DNA of 64,000 bases. It comes from a virus (taxonomy: Duplodnaviria; Caudoviricetes). The DNA lies in IMG/VR virus record IMGVR_UViG_3300044695_006401. One strand, given 5' to 3'. The notes beneath the pieces are model-generated. The model was not told the origin of the DNA and did no database searches. It worked only from the letters and a program-made list of their open reading frames with translations. This document shows, in pieces, positions 28,095-38,152 of this stretch. The stretch's first letter is position 1. Every line of letters begins with the position of its first letter. Made by a program: the position numbers and the translations under genes.

Positions 28095-30392
28095 TTAACA
28101 AGGTGGATTTAATGGTACATATTCAGTAACTATGCCGCTAGCATTTATTACAACCCAATATAATTGATAAAGGCCATACGCAATTACACCATTGTTACTT
28201 ACTATATAATTACCCTCACCAAACGGACTACTAGAATCATAAAACCCACCAACAAATGAACCAACAGATAGGGGGCCTGTGATAGTTCCTATCATTCCGG
28301 CATACGAATTATTATTACATACTATTACTTGGGCTGCTTGAGCGTTTGCAACATAAATAAATGAGTTCCATGGTGTATTATCATTATCTGACATTCTGTA
28401 ACTTGCCCAAAAAGTTGGTTGAATATTAAGCGTAGGGGTTGGTGTTGGGGTAGGAGTCATTGTTGGTGTTGGTGTCGGTGTAGGGGTCGCTCCTGGTGTT
28501 GGTGTCGGTGTAGATGGATTCAAACAGTTAGGACACCAATAATTGAAAAGTTGATATTGTTGTTCTAATATTCTAAAGTTATGTTGTATAGAAGGAGATT
28601 GTAAAGGTTCGGTATACATTCTAAATTGTGAAATACCTCCCATAAATGATCCACCAAAAGTTTGTTCTACTAAAATGTTTGTCGATAACGCACTAAAAGT
28701 TGTTGCAGAAAGTATGTTATTGGGAAATAGTTCCGGATCCTGTTGATAAGGTCCGTATGGTAAAGTTGAAGATGAAAATATTAAATGGTCGTGTAATCCT
28801 TGAGACCCTCCCCCAAATGAAATATTAAATGGTACTCCAATTTGTTTTTCCTTTTCGGTGTTTAATTCTCTTGGTATTATCTCTTCAAAATTTTCAATAA
28901 CCAAAAATAGATATCCGTTAGCATAAATTTTAAGTCTTCCCATTCGGTACCATGCATCATCGAACCATTTGTGATCAAATTTAACTTGGTAAACTTTATT
29001 TTCTTTCGTATCACCTGAATGTGTTTCTGGAGGCATTATCAAGTTATAAGTTGTTCCATTTATACTTGATTGGTATGTTTCAACCCTAACATCATTCAAT
29101 CCACCTAAGTTCAATAGGTCACAATCCTCAATTGCTGTATATCGTTCAAAAACGGCACTTACCATAACCCATCGGTCCTGAGTAATTGCTGTACATACAT
29201 AATCACAGACATCATAAATAGGTTCTGTGCAAACTTCAGTAATTGTGTATCCCGTTTGAAAAGTTACACCAGTTGTTTCACATGTTCCTGTAGTCACACA
29301 GTCTCCCGTGATTTTAATGTATTTAACACATATTCTTGGGTTTGCGGGACAACCACTGAACCTCAATGAAAGTCCGTTGGATACCACATCAAACATAGGA
29401 TCTAAAGGTGGTACGGGAAGTTGTTCAGTACAAGCCCCACACCCACACCCAATGTTATGGTACGCAGTTGTTGCACTTTTTGGGTAAATGTAGTGACATT
29501 CAGAATTAGTGACTCCTGTATCGGAACACGAGCAAGTTTTCATTTCAGTTAACCCTGATGTAAATGTTCTAGTATACCCCGAATCAGATTCTGGACTACC
29601 TGAAGCAAAATGATAATATTTATTTTCCGCTCTTGTGCCAAAATGAAAAAAAGTTCCAGCATTCCCACTGTAGATTCCATTCAAATAAGTTTGTCCTGTG
29701 GTAATGGAATATGCCTCATTATTTCTTGGTCTTAATAACATTTCTACCGTCCATCCTTGATTTACCCTTTCTGGGAAAACTTCATAATCAAATCCAAAAA
29801 GTTTATAAAATCCTTGGTAGAATCCACCGTACAAATCTTGGTAATATCCCACAAAGTTACTGTATCTAGATACTATGTTATAAATTGTATTTTTAGGTCT
29901 ACCTGAAAATACTTGATTTGGTGAAGATGTATACCCTGTCACAGGATGCATTTTGAATCTTCTATCGTAGTAATGTGGGTGAAACTTGTAATCATTTCTG
30001 ATACCCATCGAGTAATACAAAGTCTCTCCTGACATCTCAGTAAACAATCCATTATCTGTTGCGACCAAACCAACATCACATACCCCTGTAAACGCAGAAA
30101 AACAATTTATATCAACACCGTTTGGGTTGTAATAATTTTTAGATAATAAGGTATTACCTGAAAGATATTGACCAAAATTTATAATTAGTTGGCTACTACA
30201 ATCAGACTTAGAAAGGTCAATATTGATTGGCAATCTATTACCATCATTTTCACCAATCAATAGGTTTGAAAATACCGCCTCCTCATTATAGTTCCTTTCA
30301 TCCGACGCTAGTGTAAGGTCAAAATACTGACCAAAGTTCAAAACTGATCTATACCTTGGGTAATAATATGAATTAAGATTCTGAGTTGGCAT
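28095..30392 (-). CDS. Virion structural protein (LamG/lectin-like, Cys-rich, Pro-Thr linker)
   Basis: GWTVEMLLRP, WVMVSAVF, FMGGISQFRMYTEPL; (PT)n linker; late motif upstream. Confidence 0.55.
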   Translation of the reverse strand: MPTQNLNSYYYPRYRSVLNFGQYFDLTLASDERNYNEEAVFSNLLIGENDGNRLPINIDLSKSDCSSQLIINFGQYLSGNTLLSKNYYNPNGVDINCFSAFTGVCDVGLVATDNGLFTEMSGETLYYSMGIRNDYKFHPHYYDRRFKMHPVTGYTSSPNQVFSGRPKNTIYNIVSRYSNFVGYYQDLYGGFYQGFYKLFGFDYEVFPERVNQGWTVEMLLRPRNNEAYSITTGQTYLNGIYSGNAGTFFHFGTRAENKYYHFASGSPESDSGYTRTFTSGLTEMKTCSCSDTGVTNSECHYIYPKSATTAYHNIGCGCGACTEQLPVPPLDPMFDVVSNGLSLRFSGCPANPRICVKYIKITGDCVTTGTCETTGVTFQTGYTITEVCTEPIYDVCDYVCTAITQDRWVMVSAVFERYTAIEDCDLLNLGGLNDVRVETYQSSINGTTYNLIMPPETHSGDTKENKVYQVKFDHKWFDDAWYRMGRLKIYANGYLFLVIENFEEIIPRELNTEKEKQIGVPFNISFGGGSQGLHDHLIFSSSTLPYGPYQQDPELFPNNILSATTFSALSTNILVEQTFGGSFMGGISQFRMYTEPLQSPSIQHNFRILEQQYQLFNYWCPNCLNPSTPTPTPGATPTPTPTPTMTPTPTPTPTLNIQPTFWASYRMSDNDNTPWNSFIYVANAQAAQVIVCNNNSYAGMIGTITGPLSVGSFVGGFYDSSSPFGEGNYIVSNNGVIAYGLYQLYWVVINASGIVTEYVPLNPPC
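28431..28517 (-). repeat. Pro-Thr coding repeat linker
   Basis: PSTPTPTPGATPTPTPTPTMTPTPTPTPT. Confidence 0.85.
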
Positions 30393-30403
30393 ACTTTTTT
30401 ATG

Positions 30404-30429
30404 ATAAATACTTTAACTGAAGTATTTAT
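30404..30429. promoter_or_regulatory. Back-to-back divergent late motifs
   Basis: ATAAATA 30404-30410 (minus strand) and TATTTAT 30423-30429 (plus strand). Confidence 0.65.
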
Positions 30430-30443
30430 AGGTAAAAGCTGCA

Positions 30444-31196
30444 ATGAAAAGTTATAAATACTCAACAAAAGAAAGAGCCGAGAGAGTTGCAAAAACTTTA
30501 GGGTGCTCAGGCTTTCATTATCATAACGAAGATGGTGAGAGAAAATATATGCCTTGTAAAAGTCATGACATATTCAAATCTAAGGTTGAGAAAGAAGATT
30601 CTAAGGAGGAAGAAGTTACCGAATTAATCGATGCGGATGGAACTTGGTTATCGTCAAGTATTCCTATTTTGGATCCTGCAAGTACAGGAGTCGGTACAAA
30701 AACAACTGACCAAATAGTGCCAGCAGCTAGAAACCCAAGAGATCCACTTTTGAGGGGGTGGTATGGTTACTATGGTGAAGGTCATGTAAAAGAAGAAGAT
30801 ATGTCGAAAGCCTTTGGTTATAAAAAAACCAAGTTTATGGACGCTAAGGAAACTGAAAAGTATTTTGAAAAAGAATTAGGTTTAGACAAAGATGCTGCAA
30901 CACAAAGAACATTAGACCAAGGAAAAGAAAAAGGTAGAGACAAAAAAGCACCTAAGAAAATATCCAAGTTAAAAAATTTCATAGATAGACTTATTCTTAA
31001 AGAAAAAGAAATTGATGAATCAAAAGACATTATAGAAGACACATTAGTAAACAAATCAAATGACGATGATTTGAAAAATAAAAGCAAGGAAATTAACCAT
31101 TTGCTTTTGAGGAATATTAAATCTTTGAAGAGAGTCGCTAAGGATAATAACATAAGTGTAAAAGAGTTAATTGAACTAATTAAAAATGAACAGTAA
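30444..31196 (+). CDS. Hypothetical late protein (candidate head-associated)
   Basis: N-terminal GCSGFHYH...YMPC module; charged; TATTTAT upstream. Confidence 0.6.
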   Translation: MKSYKYSTKERAERVAKTLGCSGFHYHNEDGERKYMPCKSHDIFKSKVEKEDSKEEEVTELIDADGTWLSSSIPILDPASTGVGTKTTDQIVPAARNPRDPLLRGWYGYYGEGHVKEEDMSKAFGYKKTKFMDAKETEKYFEKELGLDKDAATQRTLDQGKEKGRDKKAPKKISKLKNFIDRLILKEKEIDESKDIIEDTLVNKSNDDDLKNKSKEINHLLLRNIKSLKRVAKDNNISVKELIELIKNEQ

Positions 31197-31635
31197 CTTA
31201 TATAATAAAACTGCAAAATTGCCAGACACTTTAATCAAACACTTAAAGGTTTGTTTTGATTCTGTGTCTGCCGATTCAAATACAGAAGGTTATAATAGAA
31301 ACCAAGAGTTTCAAAAAAGTAAAGTTGCAACATACCAACAAATAAAAAGAATTAAAAATTGGTTTGATTCTTATAGTGGTGATAAAAAAGACGCTCCATT
31401 CATATTGAATGGGGGTGATCGAATGAAAACTTGGTGTGACGAAGTTTTAAGAGTGTGGCGAGATGGTGATAATTCAGCAAAAAAAATTAAGTCTGATGCT
31501 GGTATGGCCAATCAATACCTTGATTCACACGAAAAGAATTCTTTTAATCTTAACGATAAACACGGATCAACATCCGACGAATTGAAGGTTGAAAATCAAA
31601 TCAGACGAATAAATAAACTAATAAAGGGATTTTAA
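31186..31635 (+). CDS. Hypothetical late protein
   Basis: 149 aa coupled ORF; YQQIKRIKNWF...LNGGDRMKTW helical module. Confidence 0.6.
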   Translation: MNSNLYNKTAKLPDTLIKHLKVCFDSVSADSNTEGYNRNQEFQKSKVATYQQIKRIKNWFDSYSGDKKDAPFILNGGDRMKTWCDEVLRVWRDGDNSAKKIKSDAGMANQYLDSHEKNSFNLNDKHGSTSDELKVENQIRRINKLIKGF

Positions 31636-31638
31636 AAA

Positions 31639-31932
31639 ATGGCAGTACAATCAGATAAATTAGATTTCAGTCAACCTAGCAATGCAATGTCATCAGTTGC
31701 TGACGAACAAAGAAGAAAATTGTTTGCAAGAAATGACTTCAACACTGAAGATCAATATTCTCCAGTCCATCCTGATGCGTTAGCAAACGGAGATAAAATT
31801 GGTAGAGGTACTGGTGTAGAATTAGATATATACAACCAAAATATTGGTACGAGTACCGATGTCGCAGAAAGAAAAGATGACATAAAGGTTAATAAATATA
31901 ATTCTTTCAACCCATACTACATTGTTCAATGA
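31639..31932 (+). CDS. Hypothetical late protein
   Basis: 97 aa coupled ORF. Confidence 0.6.
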   Translation: MAVQSDKLDFSQPSNAMSSVADEQRRKLFARNDFNTEDQYSPVHPDALANGDKIGRGTGVELDIYNQNIGTSTDVAERKDDIKVNKYNSFNPYYIVQ

Positions 31933-32330
31933 AACTTCTAAATAACCTTAAGGGTCTAATAACAGAAATTGCTGCGATCAGTGATATTACTGATGCGGTA
32001 AAAAATAAGAAAGTTATTACAATATATTATAATGGTAAAGATAACGGAGGTAAGGGTTATCGCACCATAGAACCCGTATGTTTAGGTTTTAGTAAAAAAA
32101 ACAATTTAGTTTTAAGGGCTTGGGAAAGAGAAGGTTCTTCATACTCAGCAAACAATGAAGGTAATATTTTACCAGGATGGAGGTTGTTCAGAGTAGATAA
32201 AATATTTACATTTAAGCCTACAATGGATAATTTTACTGAAGTTAGACCTTTATATAACCCTAATGGTGATAGGTCTATGATACAAGTTTTGGTTAACGCA
32301 AAATTTAATAACGAAGAAAATATAGCATAG
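31929..32330 (+). CDS. Stand-alone WYL-domain protein
   Basis: VITIYY...RTIEPVCLG...LRAW...WRLFRVDKI; no HTH domain. Confidence 0.8.
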   Translation: MKLLNNLKGLITEIAAISDITDAVKNKKVITIYYNGKDNGGKGYRTIEPVCLGFSKKNNLVLRAWEREGSSYSANNEGNILPGWRLFRVDKIFTFKPTMDNFTEVRPLYNPNGDRSMIQVLVNAKFNNEENIA

Positions 32331-32331
32331 T

Positions 32332-32955
32332 ATGTCAGATTTAATGCAGAAATTAGCAATGTCAAAAAAAATAATGGATGCTCATAGTAATATCCAAAGG
32401 GGTAACGCGACCCCATCAACCCCAATGGTAGAGAACTTCCAAACTCCACAAGCGTCTTACAATATCCCTCAAGAGTTTGCCAGTGAAATATCAACACCAC
32501 AAAGGTCAAGTTTTGATCCATCACAACCTATCGAGGAGAGTAGAATTAAAAATTCAAAATTACCAGACGAAATAAAAAAATTAATGATCGAACAACCAAT
32601 TGTTCAACCTAGTTCTATGAATGGTGGATCAGTAATTAGTGATGATGTCATTGAGGGAGCACAAAGGCTGATGAATTTAAACAGAAGTTCATCAGATCAA
32701 CAACCTCAGTCAGTTAAGAATTTAACAACCAATCCACAACAACAACCATCACCATCTAATTTCAATATGAATGAAATGAAATCTATGATTAGGGATGTTG
32801 TTAGAGATACCGTAAAAGATGTTGTCCAAGAAGAATTACGACAATCAGGTATGTTAGTTGAGTCAACAACTAACTCAAATGATACCATACAATTCAAAGT
32901 AGGAAATCACCTTTTTATTGGTAGGGTCACGAAAGTTAAGAAATTAGTACAATAA
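32332..32955 (+). CDS. Hypothetical Pro/Gln/Ser-rich late protein
   Basis: 207 aa; IRDVVRDTVKDVVQEEL...MLVES. Confidence 0.6.
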   Translation: MSDLMQKLAMSKKIMDAHSNIQRGNATPSTPMVENFQTPQASYNIPQEFASEISTPQRSSFDPSQPIEESRIKNSKLPDEIKKLMIEQPIVQPSSMNGGSVISDDVIEGAQRLMNLNRSSSDQQPQSVKNLTTNPQQQPSPSNFNMNEMKSMIRDVVRDTVKDVVQEELRQSGMLVESTTNSNDTIQFKVGNHLFIGRVTKVKKLVQ

Positions 32956-32960
32956 TAAAT

Positions 32961-32987
32961 AATCCACCTCACAAGGGTGGATTTTTT
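32961..32987 (+). terminator. Intrinsic terminator
   Basis: AATCCACC-TCACAAG-GGTGGATT-TTTT. Confidence 0.75.
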
Positions 32988-33013
32988 GATTTATAATACC
33001 TACTTTTTACTTA
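32986..33013 (+). promoter_or_regulatory. Possible sigma70-like promoter of the glycan operon
   Basis: TTGATT-N16-TACTTA in AT-rich context. Confidence 0.35.
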
Positions 33014-33027
33014 AAATAATTTCATTT

Positions 33028-34236
33028 ATGAGTAAAATTAAGGTATTGGTATTACCATCAGATAAGACAGGTGTTGGTAAATTTAGAAGTGTGGATCCAC
33101 ATGTATGTCTACAAAATAATCATTCAGATGAATTTCATGTTGATATTGATTACGAACCTAAAGTAAATGATCTAAATTATTGGAAACAATACGATATAGT
33201 TCATTTTCATAGAACAATAGGTCACGACTATGATAATTCTGTGAACCTCATACAAAAGTTAAATTTATTGGGTATTGTTACTATTGCCGATATTGACGAT
33301 TATTGGTTACCAACAAAAGAACATCCAGTTCACCAATTAGTTATCGAAAATAAGTTGCACCAAAAAATTATGAACAACTTAAAAGTTGCTCAACATGTGA
33401 CAACAACAACTTCTGTTTTTGCCGCAGAAATTAGCAAGTTAAATAAAAATGTTTATGTGCTACCTAACGCAATTAACCCAAAAGAACCACAATTCCAACA
33501 CGAAACAAAACCTTGTGACAAACTTAGATTTGGTTGGTTAGGTGGGTCATCTCACTTACACGATTTGAAATTACTTGACGGAACTATTAGTAAACTAAAA
33601 CCTCAACAAGATAAATTTGAAATGTATCTTTGTGGGTTTGATATCAGAGGGACAGTTACAGAAATTAACCAACAAACTAAAGAACAAAAACAAAGACCTA
33701 TTAGACCTGAAGAAACTGTTTGGGCTCGGTACGAAGAAATTTTTACAAACAACTATCAGTTTGTTGACCCTACCCACAAAGACTTCCTAATGAAATTTGA
33801 AGATAAACCATATGATGAAGAATCTTTTTATCATAGAGTATGGACTAAACCTGTCACTAGTTATGCTTCTAATTACAGATTATTCGATGTATCGTTAGCA
33901 CCAATTAAAAATCACATTTTTAACAGAGTTAAATCACAATTAAAGGTAATTGAGGCGGGTTTTTACAAAAAGGCAATTATCGCATCTAACATTGGTCCTT
34001 ATAGTATTGATTTAAAACATGCATTGAAGAATGGTGAATTTACAGATGGTAATGCGTTATTGGTTGATGAAGTTAGAAATCATAGTGATTGGCAAAAATA
34101 TATGAAGAAACTAATAGATAACCCTAATTGGGCTTATGATTTAGGTCAAAAATTATATGAGACCGTAAAGGACACATACGATCTTAATAAAGTGACAAGA
34201 GACAGAGCTGAACTATATAAAACACTTGTAAAATGA
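33028..34236 (+). CDS. GT-B (GT4-like) glycosyltransferase
   Basis: DIDDYW, FGWLGGSSH, KSQLKVIEAG...IASNIGPY; likely start 33028. Confidence 0.8.
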   Translation: MSKIKVLVLPSDKTGVGKFRSVDPHVCLQNNHSDEFHVDIDYEPKVNDLNYWKQYDIVHFHRTIGHDYDNSVNLIQKLNLLGIVTIADIDDYWLPTKEHPVHQLVIENKLHQKIMNNLKVAQHVTTTTSVFAAEISKLNKNVYVLPNAINPKEPQFQHETKPCDKLRFGWLGGSSHLHDLKLLDGTISKLKPQQDKFEMYLCGFDIRGTVTEINQQTKEQKQRPIRPEETVWARYEEIFTNNYQFVDPTHKDFLMKFEDKPYDEESFYHRVWTKPVTSYASNYRLFDVSLAPIKNHIFNRVKSQLKVIEAGFYKKAIIASNIGPYSIDLKHALKNGEFTDGNALLVDEVRNHSDWQKYMKKLIDNPNWAYDLGQKLYETVKDTYDLNKVTRDRAELYKTLVK

Positions 34237-34958
34237 TAAATGTACCTTTAACCAAAATTTTATTTTTAGATATTGAAACTGTTGGTGGTTGCCCTGATTA
34301 CCAATCATGTATAAAAACCAATCCTACTGTCGCACATCAGTTTGACAAATACTTTGATTGGTTTTTAAAAAGATTTCCCGAAGACAAAGAATTCGGAGAG
34401 GGTAGGACCACAGAGGAACACATGGATATAGTATTTAAAAAACGAGCGGCTCTTGTTCCTGAGTTCGCAAAAATAGTTTGTGTTTCTATGGCATTTGTTT
34501 TAGACAATGGTGAAGTAAAAAAACAAACTTTTTCAGGTGATGATGAACAGAAACTTTTATCTGAGGTTAGAAACTTGTTAAATAGAACCCACAAATTAGA
34601 TTTCTATCTTTGTGGTCATAACCTAAAGAACTTTGATATCCCAATGTTGGCAAAAAGAATGATCATAAATGGTTTGGAGCCATCTAAAATTCTTCCTTCA
34701 TACGACACTAAACCGTGGGAAGTCAAAGCAATTGATACTAAAGAAGTATGGCAATATGGTGCTTACACAGCAATTGGATCACTAGATTTAATGTGCGCGT
34801 GTTTAGATATCCCAACACCTAAAGATGGACCTGTGAATGGTGGGATGGTTCACGAGGCATATTGGAGCAATAACATGTTAAATGAAATATCAGAATATTG
34901 TGAAAAGGATGTTGATGTTTTAATTGAAGCAATAATGAAATTAAAATCTTTAAAATAA
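34233..34958 (+). CDS. Stand-alone PolB-like 3'-5' exonuclease (DEDDy)
   Basis: LFLDIETV, GHNLKNFDIP, YCEKDV. Confidence 0.85.
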   Translation: MINVPLTKILFLDIETVGGCPDYQSCIKTNPTVAHQFDKYFDWFLKRFPEDKEFGEGRTTEEHMDIVFKKRAALVPEFAKIVCVSMAFVLDNGEVKKQTFSGDDEQKLLSEVRNLLNRTHKLDFYLCGHNLKNFDIPMLAKRMIINGLEPSKILPSYDTKPWEVKAIDTKEVWQYGAYTAIGSLDLMCACLDIPTPKDGPVNGGMVHEAYWSNNMLNEISEYCEKDVDVLIEAIMKLKSLK

Positions 34959-34959
34959 A

Positions 34960-35562
34960 ATGTTTGATAATATTAAAAATTTAAGAGAGAGTGTTAAGAT
35001 AATGAAAGAGTTGCAAGGAAAATTCAATGGAATTGATATGAGCAGCCCTGAACAAATGTTATCATCAATGGGTGTTAGTGAAGACGATTTAAATTCGTAT
35101 TTTGAAGATTCCTTAACAAAAAAAGTTAATTTAAAATATACTAACAGTACCGACAACAAAGATCCTGAATATGCTTATGAATCTGATTCGGGATTTGATT
35201 TAAGAGCTTCTCAAGAAATTGAGATACAACCATTAGGTAGAAATCTAATACCGACGGGAATAAGATTTGACATCCCTGATGGTTACGAAATACAAGTAAG
35301 GTCTAAAAGTGGTTTAGCCCTTAATCAAGGATTAATGGTTTTAAACTCACCAGGAACTGTAGACAGTGGTTACCAAGGAGAAGTTAAGGTTATTATTTTT
35401 AACACAACAAACGAAGTGGTAAAAATAGAAAAAGGTCAAAAAGTCGCACAAGCAGTTTTCTGTCCGGTAGTAAATGGTAAGTGGGTTAATTTAACGAAAA
35501 TTTCTGAGATTGGAAAAAAAGACAGAAATGATAATGGGTTTGGGTCAACAGGTTTAAAATGA
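34960..35562 (+). CDS. dut: dUTPase
   Basis: DSGFDLRA, RSKSGLA, GTVDSGYQGE, KVAQAV, RNDNGFGSTG. Confidence 0.95.
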   Translation: MFDNIKNLRESVKIMKELQGKFNGIDMSSPEQMLSSMGVSEDDLNSYFEDSLTKKVNLKYTNSTDNKDPEYAYESDSGFDLRASQEIEIQPLGRNLIPTGIRFDIPDGYEIQVRSKSGLALNQGLMVLNSPGTVDSGYQGEVKVIIFNTTNEVVKIEKGQKVAQAVFCPVVNGKWVNLTKISEIGKKDRNDNGFGSTGLK

Positions 35563-36650
35563 TTACTATAGGATTTTCAACGAGAAAGATTAATGATGGT
35601 TTTATTGAACTATTAAAAAAATCATGTGGAGTACCAAATCCGCAGATTATACCAATTGAAAATGAAGGTAAGTATTCACTACCTGAAGCATATAATATGA
35701 TATTGGAACAATCGACAAATGATATCGTCGTATTGTGTCATGATGACATTTATTTTGATAGTAAAAATTGGGGTACAAAAATTATTAAACATTTTAAAAG
35801 AAATACTGACTATGGTATTTTAGGTCTTGCCGGGTCAACTCAACTACCCTCATCTGCTAAATGGTGGGAAGACTTTTCTAAAATGAAAGGTATTGTTAAT
35901 CACGAACACGGAGGAAAAAAATGGGAGTCAAAATACTCAGAGAGTTTAGGGAATCAAATTGAAAATGTGGTTTTGGTGGACGGACTTTTAATCGCATTAA
36001 ATAAAAAAAATATCAAAGAAAAATTTAACGAGAACATAAAAGGGTTTCACTTTTATGATGTTGATTTTTCATTTAGAAATTTCATTAGAGGTGTTAAAAT
36101 TGGAGTTATGTATGATGTAAGAGTAACTCACAAATCAATCGGAGCAACAAATGACCAATGGGAACAAAACAGAATTATTTTTGCAGAAAATAATAAAGAA
36201 AATCTTCCGTTGAAAGTTAAAATGGATTTAGATAAAAATTCAAGGTTAAAGGTTCTAATTTATACTAAAAACTATGAGTCGTCAAAACCCCTACTTGATA
36301 TTTTAAACCAAACAAAATATAATGTTAGTTTCTGTGGTATCTTGGACCAAAAAACAATTAATCATTTCAAAGGGAAATCAATTAATTTATACCCAATAAC
36401 CGAACCAAATGGTTTTAAAATCGGTGACGGTAAATGGGGGTCAAACACACCTAATGGTTTTGTTCTTGCTGAACCTAATAAGTTATATAAAATAAAAGAA
36501 ATATACTATGACATTATACATGTTTTTGACGATGTGTCTAAAAAAGAAGCCACTAACTTGTACCCGTTATGTAATGTTATGTACAGAGAGTCAAAATTTG
36601 AAAATGTTGGAGATTTAATAAATTGTTACAATAAAATAATAAATGGTTAA
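35559..36650 (+). CDS. GT2-like glycosyltransferase
   Basis: AYNMIL...VLCHDDI, VDGLLI, FHFYDVDFS. Confidence 0.75.
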   Translation: MITIGFSTRKINDGFIELLKKSCGVPNPQIIPIENEGKYSLPEAYNMILEQSTNDIVVLCHDDIYFDSKNWGTKIIKHFKRNTDYGILGLAGSTQLPSSAKWWEDFSKMKGIVNHEHGGKKWESKYSESLGNQIENVVLVDGLLIALNKKNIKEKFNENIKGFHFYDVDFSFRNFIRGVKIGVMYDVRVTHKSIGATNDQWEQNRIIFAENNKENLPLKVKMDLDKNSRLKVLIYTKNYESSKPLLDILNQTKYNVSFCGILDQKTINHFKGKSINLYPITEPNGFKIGDGKWGSNTPNGFVLAEPNKLYKIKEIYYDIIHVFDDVSKKEATNLYPLCNVMYRESKFENVGDLINCYNKIING

Positions 36651-37434
36651 AATAATTTCAGGATGGAGTGACCGAGGTGGATCAACTTTCGCATTTATCA
36701 ACTTAACTAATAAACTTAATGAAAGCGGTATAGATACAACCTTTTATGGTCCACACCCTTGGCATTTAGATAAATGCAAATCAGGACTTTTAGATGAAAA
36801 ATTTAGATTATACGAAAATGATATTGTAATAACTCATTTTTTAAATTTAGGTGATAGACCAAATGTAAAAAAGATTATTTTATCATGTCACGAAAAAAAT
36901 TTATTTGAGGTTGGTAAAATTAAAAAGTATTGGGATACGGTTGTATTTGTAAATAATAAACAGAGAGAATATCATAATCAGTACAATGGTCCTTTTGAAA
37001 TAATACCAAACATAAAAGAAGTTTTGGAAAAAAAAGAAAAGGATGAATCTGTAAAAAATGTTGCGGGTATTGTGGGATCTATAGATGAGAACAAACAAAC
37101 CCATGTCTCAATCGAGAGAGCAATTGAAGATGGTATGGAGAAAATATATTTGTTTGGAAATATTAGTGACCAAAATTATTATGAAAAAAAAGTAAAACCT
37201 CTTATCGATAATGATAAGGTTGTTGAATATGGTTTTGTTTCGGATAAACAAAAAATTTACGACATGATCAATTATGCTTACCTTTCTTCAAAAAGTGAAG
37301 TTGCATCACTTGTTAAAGATGAATGCGAATCCACTGGAACAATTTTTAAAGGAAACTTCGCAACAAACAACGATTCAGAGTCAATTACTAATTCTGAAAT
37401 CATAGAAAAATGGATAAAATTATTAATGAACTAA
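36643..37434 (+). CDS. GT-B glycosyltransferase-like protein
   Basis: RGGSTFAFINL, IVGSIDENKQ, YLSSKSE. Confidence 0.65.
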   Translation: MVKIISGWSDRGGSTFAFINLTNKLNESGIDTTFYGPHPWHLDKCKSGLLDEKFRLYENDIVITHFLNLGDRPNVKKIILSCHEKNLFEVGKIKKYWDTVVFVNNKQREYHNQYNGPFEIIPNIKEVLEKKEKDESVKNVAGIVGSIDENKQTHVSIERAIEDGMEKIYLFGNISDQNYYEKKVKPLIDNDKVVEYGFVSDKQKIYDMINYAYLSSKSEVASLVKDECESTGTIFKGNFATNNDSESITNSEIIEKWIKLLMN

Positions 37435-37438
37435 ACTT

Positions 37439-38152
37439 ATGGTAATTGTAACTACTTTATTTAATGCTGAAAATTATATTGAAAGGTGTATTGGTTCGAT
37501 TATGGGTCAAACACATACAGATTTTAAATGTTATATAACAGATGACATCTCTACAGACAACAGTGTCTCTAAAGTTGAAAACATGATTAAAGGTGACGAT
37601 AGATTCCTTTTAATTAAAAATGAAAAAAAGATGTATCAGCCAGGAAACTACGACCAAGTAATTAGAAACAACCCAAACATTCAAGACAACGAAATAATTG
37701 TAGAAGTAGACGGAGATGATTGGTTACCTGATTCAAAAGCCTTGGAAAGAATATATAATGTTTACTCAAACCCAAATGTGTGGATAGCTAATGGAAGTTT
37801 TAAATACTCTACAGGTCAACCCGGTTTTTCTTCAAAACAAACAAATTTTGATAATCTTAGGAATGTAAGATTTACTGCATCTCATATCAGAACTTGGAGA
37901 GCTTTCCTATGGAGAAAAATTGATCAATCTGATCTGAAAGATGAGAATGGTGAATTTTGGAAAGTTACAGGTGATTTATCTTTTATGTACCCGATGCTTG
38001 AAATGTCCGGAGAAAATAGATATAGATTCATGACTGATGTAAATTATGTATATAACGAACAAAATCCCATAAATGATCATAAAGTCGATCTTAAGTTGGT
38101 AAACGAAATTGCCGATAAAATTAGAAATATGAAACCATATAAATTGTTATGA
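37439..38152 (+). CDS. GT2 glycosyltransferase
   Basis: FNAENYIERCIGSI, ITDDISTD, EVDGDDWL. Confidence 0.85.
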   Translation: MVIVTTLFNAENYIERCIGSIMGQTHTDFKCYITDDISTDNSVSKVENMIKGDDRFLLIKNEKKMYQPGNYDQVIRNNPNIQDNEIIVEVDGDDWLPDSKALERIYNVYSNPNVWIANGSFKYSTGQPGFSSKQTNFDNLRNVRFTASHIRTWRAFLWRKIDQSDLKDENGEFWKVTGDLSFMYPMLEMSGENRYRFMTDVNYVYNEQNPINDHKVDLKLVNEIADKIRNMKPYKLL

